Below are positions 39,763 to 51,170 of a stretch of 64,000 nt of DNA, piece by piece. This DNA comes from Octopus bimaculoides (Eukaryota): positions 46,369,939 to 46,433,938 of the forward strand of contig NC_068986.1 of the NCBI RefSeq assembly GCF_001194135.2, given 5' to 3'. The stretch's first letter is position 1. Each line of letters begins with the position of its first letter. The notes under the pieces were generated by a model. It saw only the letters and a program-made list of their open reading frames with translations. It had not been told where the DNA came from and made no database searches. The position numbers and the translations under genes were made by a program.

Positions 39763-42700
39763 CTTATTTGTTGATAGTTAGATCAGTTCCACATCTGTTC
39801 ATGGAATGATAAAAGTTATGGCGTAACTATTTTGTTTGCACCTCACAATGAGATCAAAATTGTATGTTTATTAAGAAACAGTATGTCCCTCAAACTTCCA
39901 GATATGTGATTGGAACATATAATTTCCTTCTAGATGCCCTTTCTAATGCTGGCAACTTAACTGTGAGAATCTAAAGCCAAAAGAATTTATCAAACACTTT
40001 CAATGCTGTAACTCAATAATTACCAATAAAATTTATATTTTAAAATTTTATATTAGAAAATATAATACTTTAAATTTACATAACAACTTTCATTTATTGG
40101 TTGAATTTACATATTATATCAGACAGATGTTAGTTATGCCAAAACTATAAGTACTACAGCAACATTCTGAAACCAACTATATTAAGCAATTGTCACCAAT
40201 TATTCCATTCATGTATACATTATAAAAGTACTTAGATCAACATAAACCAACATTTCTTGGTCATCACAAAATAATTAGTAGCTTTAGTTTGGCCTTCAAT
40301 ATTCTGAAGAGAAAATATAGCTGTCACTCAACAAGTATAACCTGTTGACATTTGAATGTCTATAGGTTGACTTAGTACATTTATACTAAGTTGTTTCTTG
40401 CTTTTTTAAAATTGAAATCCTTGTATATGGTTTTAGTTGAAACAAAATTCTAACAAATCTAAAACTACATCATCAAATAAGTGATAACTAACAGCTCTAG
40501 GAATTTTATTATCAAAGTTTGAGTAAGTTTTAAAGCTTAACCCCACAAATGTAATGTAACCTGCCATGATGGGAAATTTTAAAGGCAGTAAGCTATCTAC
40601 GGAAAAAGCAGTAGTGGCTGAAAACAAGTATGAATACATGTGATAAATGGATTTTTAACACTGTTTCCTTACATCAAGTAGATTACTGCAATGTCATACT
40701 TCATGCATTTTATACACGAATACACATATGCATGCATACATGAATGCTCACACACATACACATGTAAATATATATATATAGATATATATATGTATATATG
40801 TATATACACACATGCAAATATATATATATGTATGTATGTGTGTGTGTGTGAATAAATGCACAAATACTCATACATATGCATGATATACATACATTAAATA
40901 ACGAGATAAAATTAAAAATATTTTTACACATTTTTCAGTCTCATATTTTGTAACTAATAGGAAATACTAGAGTAAACATTATCTTGTCTAAATCTAATCT
41001 TCTAAACTTGTTTTATGAACATTCCTGCTTGACAGATAAATTAAATCTATTTACATTTAATTTCCTTCTCATAATTAGAAACTTTTTCTATAAATCCATA
41101 GTTACATATACTTGAGATCTTGGCTTATTATTTGTTAAATTTAGGTTGGAAATTACCCGATGAATCTCCACATACTAATATGTCACTCCATTAAAGATAT
41201 CATATCTAATATTTTTATCACTTCTTTCAATATTTCATATTTCAGATAATACTTCCTGAATGAAATATTTAGCTTCTTAAAAACATTAAAGTAACTGAAT
41301 GGCTGAAACTAAGCACTCTTGATGATAAGAGCAATTCCTACTACACTGTGCTTAAATATAAGATCTGTCACTCAATAAGCTATATCCTACCATAACAAGT
41401 GCCATGATATTAAATTAGTGGTTAGCAACAGCATGTGTTAAGAAGACCAAGGAGATTAAGAAGCAAATTATAAGTAGGAAAACACACTATATGGAAGTTA
41501 AATTATTCTTCTGTGTGACTTCACATCTAAATAAGACTTTGTGACACCTATATTAAAGAAAAACTATGAGAAGACAACTGGGTTTTGCTTAGAGGTATCT
41601 CATGCAAACCATTAACCAACTGAATGGACGGAATAGGAACTAGTTAGATAATAAGCACCATGGAAACATAGTAGAATACTGTAGGAAATAAGGCTACATG
41701 AACTAAATGATAGACTAGAAAGAAGTTTTAAAATAATGGACAGCAAGGATTGAGTTTAGGAGAGTATACATATGGCATAATGATTTTAGTTAGGCAAGAA
41801 TGAAAGTGAGTATAAGAAGTTTGCCCATATCTTGAATTATGAGGACAAGTCGCTTGAAGCATTCCTATATGCATGATAGTATATTCAGATATATTAGGAC
41901 ACCAATAAAGTCAAATGTATTTGGAACACATTGCACAAATGCACATAGCCTCAAAGTTATCATTTGTTTCAGTCACTGGACTGCAGCCATGTTAGGGTAT
42001 TTGTTTTGAAGGGTTTACTATTTTCTTTAGCTTGATAGTTATTTTTTTTTTTTTCTGAAAATACTAAGTTACAGGGATGCTAATAAACAAACATTGGCTG
42101 TCAAGCAGTGGCAGGAACAAACATAGTACAAATACAGAGACACACGCACCTCATAAAGGCTGGCTTTTCTAGTTTAATGGCATATAAATTCTCCACCTGG
42201 ACAGGACTTTGGTCTATCACAGGATTACTCATTATTGCCAGCTGAGTGGACTGGAGCAACGTGAAGTGTTTTACTCAAAAATGCAATGCATTGCCCTGTC
42301 CAGGAATTGAAACTGCAATCTTACGATCATGAATCCAACACCCTAACCACTAAGCCATGCATCTCCATTTAGTTAAAGAATAGTAATTAAGGACATGAAA
42401 ATATAGAAAGCAGCATGTCCGTTAGCATATTTACTGATATCATGGAAACAACATTCTAAGAGGGTATTATGTATATACAAACTATATATTTACTTTGTAC
42501 AATTGTTGTTCCACATTCTCAGATTAGCCCTGATTAAGTAAACCTATAATGAAAGATAATGTAGCCTCAAGAAACCCATCCTGTAGCAGGATATCTAGCA
42601 CTATATCACCTAACATGTACTTGCCTATTTTTAAGAAAGAGGAATGGGATTTGAGGGGAAGTTTGCTGCTATCTTTAGCAGCTCGAATGACAACATAAAT

Positions 42701-42997
42701 ACTATCTTGTAGTTAAATCAGGCAGGAAGGTGTTGTCCCTGATGAGTGGTGTAGCAGTATCATCATAAATTGCTGCTATAGAGACAAAGCAGATGTTTTA
42801 GATGAATGTGGGTATTTACAGAGATGTTAAGTTGTCATGAAAGTATTTAAGAGAATCATGAAAAATTTAGTGTGACATAAATTGTATTTGATGTATATCT
42901 CAACACTGTGTATTCCAGTGAACTATTAAAACACACACACAATTGAGAATATTACCGAAGGCTCTATAGTCTGACAAACATTGTGTCTATGTATATA

Positions 42998-43858
42998 CAA
43001 GGTCTGATCAATAAATATTCGGACTTTTGCCATAGTAACGAAACTAAAGCACACAGAATGAAGCTGCTTGGCAAAGATTGACCTTGAACTCTGTTGTGCA
43101 TGCGCATTAAGTATCAACATTCTAGCTCACTTCTGCTGTTTACAGCAGTGCTTGGGAGGAAGGTGTGTAGCATGTGATCATTGCATTAACCATGACAGAG
43201 AAAGTTGTCATGGCAATACCTGCTCACAGGCCTGCATAAAGTGTATGGAAAGGGGTGTATGAGCCGCACAGAATTGTATGAGTGGTGCAGACATTTCGAA
43301 GATGGCCAAAAAATGTCGATATTGATGAACGCCCTGGGAGACCTGCAACCAGCAGAACTGAGAACAACATCGCAGATGTGCATGCAGCTATGTAGGGAAA
43401 TCATCCAGAGGATGTGCAGATCAGTTACCTTTCAGTTCAATCCATTATCACTGAAGATTTAGGAATGAGATGTGTGTCTGTCAAGTTTGCGCCAAAACTG
43501 CTTTCAGCTGACCAAAAAGGCACTCAGGTTTCAGTTGCACAAGATCTCCTTGATTGTGTTGAGAATGATGAACACTTTTTGAAAACTTTACGTAGGCCTC
43601 TGAGCATATATCACCATACTTTTGGCAAAATTTCATGCAGATTCTCTGCTCAGCTTTCTTTGTCATGATCAATGCAATGATCACATACTACACACCTTCT
43701 TTCCAAGCACTGCCATAAACAGTGGAAGTGAATTAGAATGTTAAAACTTTATGTACATGCACAGCAGAGTTCAAGATCAATCTGTGCCAAGTGGCTTCAA
43801 TCTATGCTTTAGCTTCATTACTGTAGCAACAGTCCGGCTACTTATTGATCAGACCACA
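42998..43858. mobile_element. Fold-back mariner derivative with two left ends and an N-terminal transposase fragment
   Basis: TA at both ends. Inverted arms at about 42998-43240 and 43595-43858 each include the transposase start (MTEKV / MTKKAEQRICMKFCQK). The interior encodes YGKGCMSRTELYEW..ERPGRP..FAPKLLSADQK. Confidence 0.85.
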
Positions 43859-43871
43859 TATATGTGTATGA

Positions 43872-43906
<35 letters not shown>

Positions 43907-43913
<7 letters not shown>

Positions 43914-44211
43914 ACTTGGAGATGGTCATATTGCCAGTTTAGGCAATAAAAACACACGCACTGTATATTTGGTGTTAATTTGCTTCAGCTTATATTACAT
44001 TAATCTTAATCTTATTTCGGCCAGAGTTCTTTCGTCACACTTCTGTGACCTCATCAGTGGTCCTTTGTTTCCTTCTTTCTTATGTGTGTCTCACCTTGCT
44101 AACTATCAGCCATTTTGTATTTTGTATTTATTGGCTAAACTGGCAATATGACCATCCCCAAGTACAACAACATCTGTTTCAACACACGATTTCACATCAA
44201 AAATCTTGCAA

Positions 44212-44216
<5 letters not shown>
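43907..44216 (-). mobile_element. Small non-coding element with 44-bp inverted repeats (43907-43950 / 44127-44170), a one-sided extension and an internal hammerhead; probable non-autonomous Penelope-like derivative
   Basis: The arms match at 42/44. It shares aataaa(aa)cacacgcactg with the PLE end at 19492-19508 and an extension motif with 16705-16728. Confidence 0.7.
44019..44063 (-). ncRNA. Minimal type I hammerhead ribozyme candidate
   Basis: GGACCA-CUGAUGA-G-GUCACA(GAAG)UGUGAC-GAAA-GAA-CUC^UGGCC. All core nucleotides are present. Stem II is 6 bp closed by G10.1-C11.1, stem I is 5 bp with one bulged A, and stem III is 2 bp. Predicted cleavage is between 44024 and 44023. Confidence 0.7.
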
Positions 44217-44247
<31 letters not shown>

Positions 44248-44311
44248 CATATATGTATGTATGTACACACAGAGAGACAGATATCAGGAAATGAGCACAA
44301 AGAGAAGACAA

Positions 44312-44384
44312 CATGGTCTGATCAATAAATATCCGGACTGTTGTCATAGTAACGAAGTTAAAGCACACAGAATGAAGCTGCTTG
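44312..44384 (+). mobile_element. Solo mariner TIR/left-end fragment, same family as 42998-43858
   Basis: ggtctgatcaataaatatccggactgttgtcatagtaacgaagttaaagcacacagaatgaagctgcttg matches 43001-43070. Confidence 0.85.
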
Positions 44385-44834
44385 TTACTGTAACACTTAA
44401 AAGAAAGTGAAAAAGTCAACAGTTTTGACATTCTGGATACTAGTCTTTCAGAAGAAGAAAAATGGAAAAGAAAATATAAAGAATGAGAAAAGGTGGTAGG
44501 AAAAAGAATTGAAAAATAACACAAAATTTCAGACCTGGTTATCCTTAAAAACATTTATATGAGATGGTTTGGCTTACATTGCATAATTTGTTGAAGAGCA
44601 ACAGATAAACATTTGAAACTTGGAAGAATGGTTTTGCATGCATAATCTAAGGGTAGCTTGTGACAGAATAAATAATCATAATGGTATCAAGAAAGTGACC
44701 GTCATATACGTGCTAGATAGGTATTAGCTCAACTCAATGCTGTGTATTCAGTAGTACAATGAGTACGTAAAAGTTGCTGAGAAACTGATGTAGAATCTAT
44801 TGGATTAGTAAATTGTTGAGTCACTCAGCACTGT

Positions 44835-45075
44835 CTTAAGGAATGGACACACTGAACAGTTGCCCAGGGGCTTCACAGGTCTAGGGGACTCAACCCTGAT
44901 GCATGTATGTTGTGGCTTGCCATCAAAAAATACTACAAGGTCTTGTGCATTCATTTGCCCGGAAGGTGCCCACAATGCTGTTAAGGCAGCTCTGAGATCA
45001 CCCATGACAAACAGCTCCTGAACATGCTTTTCCTCCAAGTAGTAGATAATTTATGGAAAACATAACTAATTGATG
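44835..45075 (+). mobile_element. Possible L1/Tx1-type ORF2 C-terminal Cys-rich remnant
   Basis: GC-richer island translating as VAQGLHRSRGLNPDACMLWLAIKKYYKV..LPGRCPQCC*GSSEITH...DNLW, loosely like the LINE C-terminal CxxC...H region. Confidence 0.35.
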
Positions 45076-45202
45076 ATGATTCTATTAAAAGTATAGTAAT
45101 TAGGATTAAAAAAATATGGTATAATTCAAGAAGCTATTTCTTCAGTTGATAGAAATGAGACTATTTGAAATAATAGTGCCTTGAACTACTTAAAATTACA
45201 TC

Positions 45203-46113
45203 TGAGGTGATATCTAAAAGTTCCCAGGCTAGTTCTGTAGCATGCCAGCAGATGGCAGCACATGGTTGCATGCACAGTGAATGCTAGCAGTGATCTTCAT
45301 GAGGCAATGTGCTGAGTGATATCGCTATGTTTATTTTGCAAGTGAAATTTGTGTGTTTGTAATCACATGTGTGCTGTAGTCTGTGATTTTGTCTTGGACA
45401 GGAACAAAGAGACAACATGAAATTTTGCATTAAACTTGGGACATCTACTACAGAGACATTGAGCATGCTGCAGCAAATGAGCTTCAGCGATGAGGCAATG
45501 AGTTGTACACAATGTTTCGAGTGGCACAAGTGCTTCAAAAGCGGAAGAATGTCCCAGGAGGATGATGAGCTATCTGGAAGACCTGCCATGTGCAGTACCT
45601 ATGGAAATGTGTAAAAAAAATTCATCAGTTTGTGCACGAGGATTATTGGGGGACAATCAATGACCTTTTGAAGTGTTTGAGGGAGAACATTCAGTGAAAG
45701 CGATCGGATCTGTGGAGCCTGAAGAATTGGATTCTTCACAATGACAATGCAGCCTGTCACTGAGGTCTCCTCACTCGTGAGTTCCTCACCAAAAACAACA
45801 TAGTATTGCTTCTGCACCCACCCTATTCACCAGATTCAGTACCTGCAGATTTCCATCTCTTCCTCAAGATGAAAACGCTGCTCAAAGGTTGCTGCTTTAA
45901 CACCGTTGTCAAGATCAAGAGTGAATTACAGAAGGTCCTCTACTTGTTTACAGAAAATGACTTCCAGGCCAGATTCCAAAAGAGGCTGGAGCACTGGGAC
46001 CAGTGTATTATAGCACAGGGTGTCTATTTCGAAGGAGATGATGTTAAAACTTAGGTAAATAAGTTATTTTTTATTAAACGTAACCAGTCTGAGAACGTTT
46101 TGATACCACCTCG
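45203..46113 (+). mobile_element. Internally deleted mariner with both TIRs
   Basis: TIRs tgaggtgatatctaaaagttcccaggct / agtctgagaacgttttgataccacctcg+TA. Peptides MKFCIKLG..QCFEWHKCFKSG..SGRP, WILHNDNAACH and HPPYSPDSVPADFHLF..YFEGD. Confidence 0.9.
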
Positions 46114-47331
46114 TATGCTTCAAACAGTTTGACAATACTTGTCAAGGAAAGCAAGGGAGAGAAGCCTAAAATTAAAACAAGACTTTCTGTTATGGGACTT
46201 GTGGAAACAAGTTTGATCTTTGATTACTAGTGGCAACCTTGGATATGTTTCAGTTTAATTAGGCCTCCTCAATGATTCATAGTGTAAAGAGACTTTAAAA
46301 TTTCTTGAAAGAATGTAGCTTTTGTATGTAATTTATTCGCTTGTTAGGGAATATAAAATAATATGGCATGTGAAAATTTCTCAGGATGCCTTCTGCATAA
46401 AGATCATATGATTAAGTGAAGACAATATAGTGCTATGCCTAACCTCCCCAAATCACTACTTGCAATTTCTTTTTCCAAGCTTATCCCATAGCTCTACATC
46501 AATTTTTAATCAGCTGTTAACTGATTGAAATTACACTAATAATGAGAAAGAAAATCATATTTTATTGAGAAATGCATAAGTAAATATGGACAGCCAAAAC
46601 CTCATAGATTTAAGCAGCAATAATTTTATGAGTTTTATCATTGGTGCTCTAAATACACTATATCACAAACATTTTCAGCAATGCCTGGCAGGAATCTCTG
46701 AATAACAGGACCTAGTATTAATATTAGTATACTACTAATGTAAGACTGTACTAAATCAAAATATAATTAAGCGGTGATAATTTGGTAGACTTGATAAATC
46801 ACCAATATTAACTTCTACTGAATAAATTTACTATTTGGAACTGATTTATTAATGAAATGTATTAATCTAATGAGAACATATTTAATTAAAAAAAAGGGAA
46901 GCAAACAAATACATAAGATATAAGTAAATGCTTAAATTTTAGTGAAACATTTAATTTCAAAAATTGGCTTCAATTTAAATTAATGAAATGCTTTTAGCTT
47001 GCTTTCAGTAAGATTATAAAATATACTGTAACAAAACTAAACATATGTTGAAATAAAAAGTAAAGAAAATAGTCCTCACGGCATCGAACCAGGATTTCAA
47101 ACACTTACCTAAAAATAAAGAAACAAATGAGTCAAAATTCTTTAAAAATAAAATGGAATATCATCATCATCCTCGTCATCACCACTATTTACAACTTCTC
47201 AGAGAATATCGAATTAGAAATGAATTTAGGTAAAATTTAAGAATTAATAGCGAATTATATGTAATGCAATGTAGAGAAACTTGGACTTTTATTGTTAGAA
47301 TTATGAAATTCATGAATCAATTTATGATAAT

Positions 47332-47467
47332 GCGTGGCTGTGGTAAAAAAATTTCCAACCATCATGGTTCTGGTTTCAGTTCCACTGTGTGGTTCCTTGG
47401 GCACATCTCTTCTACCATAGCTCTGGTCCAACCAAAGTCTTGTAGAGAGAAACTGAATGAAGCTCAC

Positions 47468-47508
<41 letters not shown>

Positions 47509-47573
47509 AAGAAAATGTGTATATCTATGCATGTGTGTCTTTCTGTATGTGTGTCCCTTTCCACTACTTGACA
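47332..47573 (+). mobile_element. SINE head and microsatellite, cut by a gap
   Basis: cgtggctgtggtaaaaaatttccaaccatcatggttctggtttcagttccactgtgtggttccttgggcacatc. Confidence 0.75.
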
Positions 47574-48149
47574 NNNNNNNNNNNNNNNNNNNNNNNNNNN
47601 NNNNNNNNNNNNNNNNNNNNNNNNNNNNNNNNNNNNNNNNNNNNNNNNNNNNNNNNNNNNNNNNNNNNNNNNNNNNNNNNNNNNNNNNNNNGGAAAATAA
47701 AAAATAATAATAATAATAATAATAAGGCAGAATGCTAAACTGAAAGCATATTTTATTATAGATGTGTATAAGGAGGATTAAAAAGAATTTCTAACTGGCT
47801 TTCATTGCATGGCAAATTTTCAAGAAGAAGCAAAATGAAAATTGTGTTTTTTACAAAAAAGTAAAAAATATAAAAAATATATAAAAAAATAAATATACCA
47901 ATACATTATATTGTCTTTGAGTTTTTAAAGTTCAATGGTAATCCATGTAGATAATTGTTAGAAAGATTAAAATGCATATAAATAAGAATGGTAGTGTTGT
48001 GTTTAAAAAAGGCAGAAAGTTTATGTGTTAAACAGGAAGTGTGTGTAAGGGAAGACAATTCTATGGGTTTTATACTCTTTAGTTGGAGTTCTGGACTCTT
48101 TGTCAACAGGAAGTTTATGACTGTTCTTAGAGAAACAAGAGAAGTAAAT

Positions 48150-48340
48150 TTATATGTATTTCCTTGGGTAGGCGAGAGAAGGGAATATGTTAAGAAGCAT
48201 TTGGAATTTCTCTATAAAAAGATTCTCCTTGTTGATACTTTCTTGTGCAGAAATTCTGTCTTTACATTGATAGAAAGGGAATATAAGGAATTTAGGGTTT
48301 TCAAGGATGATGGAAACATTTGTATGCAGCAACTTCCCTT
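48150..48340 (-). mobile_element. Possible Penelope-like GIY-YIG endonuclease C-terminal remnant
   Basis: NPKFLIFPFYQCKDRISAQESINKENLFIEKFQMLLN resembles the conserved E..FI..F.P.LN end of PLE endonucleases. Confidence 0.45.
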
Positions 48341-49544
48341 AGTTAGTACTTGTGTAGTGGAGTTAGAAATATAGAAATTTCAAACTTTCATATCACATGT
48401 CAAAAAACTCACTTTAAAAACTTTGGTATAAGCAATATTGTTGCCTTTCATATCAGAAAAGCCTTCAAACATGTTTTGCATGGTAACTTCTTAGCTATAT
48501 TGCATGACTGTAGATTCCACAAACCTCTCATTTCTATGATGAGAGATTTTCTTCTAAAGTTACTTCACTTCTTAACTTTCTGGGCACCAATGTAAAAGAA
48601 ATGCAGCCAAGACACTTCACTCTGGATGTGCTCTGTTCCTATGCACAGAAACCTTGAAAAGCTTCTTTCAGTGGGAGAACTGAGATTAAATTACTGCACA
48701 CATTGAAAACAGCTTGGCACTAGTCACTTAAGAATGAAAAATACAAACTGGAAGTTGATACAGATTTTAGATTTCATTATTTCTAATTATCTTTTATAAA
48801 TAACATTACTAAATATTCATACCAAAAGATTAGGTGACTTATTCTAAACCTGAAAATACTTCAAAAATGATCAAGCATCAACAAAGATAGCATATGACCC
48901 ACATTAGAGTACTCATTGATTGCACGGTAGATAACATCCCAATGAAAATGAAGAAAGGTGACTAATTAGTACATACTGATAAGCACATTAGACTGTAACT
49001 CACAAAGATGCAATTTCTTCTCACTGACCCTTCTACTATCTACTACAGGGTTTGCTACTATAGGAGTTTCTGGTTCTCTGAATCAGGGAGCTGTGTACCA
49101 TTTCTGGGCAAACTACTTAATGCATCCATTACTTCCCTTTTCATCATCCTTACTATATCACACCCTTCAATTTCCACATCAAACATTTTGACTAAGCAAT
49201 CTATTATAGTCCATGTCTTCCAATAGGCATCAATGTAAGTAAGTGAAGCTGAATATCAACTGCAATGATCTCATTACTCTGCAATCACTACCAAAAACCA
49301 AGGGTATCTTCTTCTTGTGACTAATTATTGATATTTTGAACACTTGCTATCTCATTACATGCAATTTTATGCTTCAGTTTCAGGAGTAAATTTGTTTTGC
49401 TATAAAGGATTAATTAGGTTGCAACATATTGCTGTATATATAATTAATGTCATTGAAGTAGTTGTTTCTAAGTGAAATCATTCAGATAAAATTCAAGAAT
49501 TATTTTCTCTTTAAGTAGCAAAATGTAGGGAATGTAGAAAAAAT

Positions 49545-50300
49545 GTGGAGGAATAATCAGAAAAGCTATTTGGATATGTGTAAACTGCAAAAAAAACAAA
49601 AAAACAATAACTTGCAAATTATGATTTCATGAACTATTAGATAAAAATATCTTTGAAACATTTTAAAAAATGTACAAAAAGCTTAACTACTTACAGTGCT
49701 TTTCAAATTACTTAAAAATTGTTATTTGGTAAATATCAAACTTAAATGTTTAAAAAGATAACATATTATATGTAATACANNNNNNNNNNNNNNNNNNNNN
49801 NNNNNNNNNNNNNNNNNNNNNNNNNNNNNNNNNNNNNNNNNNNNNNNNNNNNNNNNNNNNNNNNNNNNNNNNNNNNNNNNNNNNNNNNNNNNNNNNNNNN
49901 NNNNNNNNNNNNNNNNNNNNNNNNNNNNNNNNNNNNNNNNNNNNNNNNNNNNNNNNNNNNNNNNNNNNNNNNNNNNNNNNNNNNNNNNNNNNNNNNNNNN
50001 NNNNNNNNNNNNNNNNNNNNNNNNNNNNNNNNNNNNNNNNNNNNNNNNNNNNNNNNNNNNNNNNNGTGGAGGAATAATCAGAAAAGCTATTTGGATATGT
50101 GTAAACTGCAAAAAAAACAAAAAAACAATAACTTGCAAATTATGATTTCATGAACTATTAGATAAAAATATCTTTGAAACATTTTAAAAAATGTACAAAA
50201 GGCTTAACTACTTACAGCGCTTTTCAAATTACTTAAAAATTGTTATTTGGTAAATATCAAACTTAAATGTTTAAAAAGATAACATATTATATGTAATACA
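49545..50300. other. 235-bp duplication flanking an assembly gap (49545-49779 = 50066-50300)
   Basis: The copies differ at two positions, and each abuts the N run. Confidence 0.9.
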
Positions 50301-50426
50301 AATGTCTCTAAATGAAATAGAATACAAATTTATTTTAGGTAAATAAGCCTTGTCACTAAATTCAGAAGATGGAAACTGGAAGAAGCCTGGGATGTGTATA
50401 CATATACATACGTAAACACATATATA

Positions 50427-50642
50427 TTGGATCACCCATAAATAATTCGGTTTTTTATACTTCTTTTATTTTTCAAAATTAAGATAAACAAAGTTTTTTT
50501 AATCTAAAATGTACTCCCTTTCATTTTCTATACTGCTCTTCCATCTATCTGGTAGACTTGCAAGGCCCCACTTGCAAAATTCACTTGTCCATGGCGAAAA
50601 ATACTCCTCCAGTACTCTTCTGACCTCGTCTAGCCTTTTCTG
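50427..50642 (-). mobile_element. Mariner 3' end with right TIR
   Basis: LDEVRRVLEEYFSPWTSEFCKWGLASLPDRWKSSIENEREYILD* followed by a TIR (plus strand ttggatcacccataaataattcggttttt) preceded by TA. Confidence 0.85.
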
Positions 50643-50644
50643 TT

Positions 50645-51170
50645 GTGTTGTAGCTGTGTGGGTAATGGTGTGTGAAGTGAGTGGTGAGTTAAACAGTGTG
50701 TGTAGTGGTGCATTTGGGTAAGGGTATCGAGTTGGGTGACATGCAAGTGTGTAAGTGGAAAGGGGGCAGTTGAATGTGGGAGGCGAGTGGGAATCCAAGT
50801 GGGGTTGGTGTCAAATGATGAGAGGATGGGAGGTTGGTGTTAGATGAAGAGAGGAAGTGAGTTGAGTCCATGTAGCACAAAGGTGACAGCAGGAGTCTGG
50901 ATGGCCCCTGTGCAGAGACAGTCTAAACACAGACAGATGTAGTGAATGACCGGTAGAGCAGAAATGGCATGAGATTGGGGTGTCATTGCTGAGTCTGATA
51001 TCTTGGAGGTGTTCCACAAACCAGTCAGCCAATCGGTGTCCTGTTTGACCAATGTAGAGGAAAGGATGAAGAGAGCAGGAGATGCTGTAAATAACATTAC
51101 TAGAGGTGCAGGTAAAGGAGTCGGTGATGTGTTAGGGATGGAAATGTATGACAGTGACACTCCTTTTACA
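50645..51170 (-). mobile_element. Penelope-like element GIY-YIG endonuclease fragment and C-rich 3' region
   Basis: DSFTCTSSNVIYSISCSLHPFLYIGQTGHRLADWFVEHLQDIRL..HF.STGHS..HGLNSLPLFI; the VIY...YIG motif is intact. Confidence 0.9.

Noticed and set aside
40433-40639. Minus ORF with a good acceptor (ATTAFSVDSLL...)
   Set aside because: No homology recognised, and donors are weak; insufficient support.
41540-41790. Possible very old RTE 3' remnant
   Set aside because: Only faint motif similarity through many stops; too degraded to call.
42739-42790. CTGATGA followed by a hairpin (tgtagcag/ctgctata)
   Set aside because: It is followed by AAAG rather than GAAA, and no stem I or III partner is found, so it is not a credible hammerhead.
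47988-48374. 128-aa plus-strand ORF
   Set aside because: No recognisable domain; the opposite strand carries the PLE-like endonuclease remnant, so it is probably an antisense shadow.
49008-49226. ORFs in several frames after a cag acceptor
   Set aside because: Different frames give equally plausible peptides; possibly decayed LINE sequence, but no diagnostic motif.
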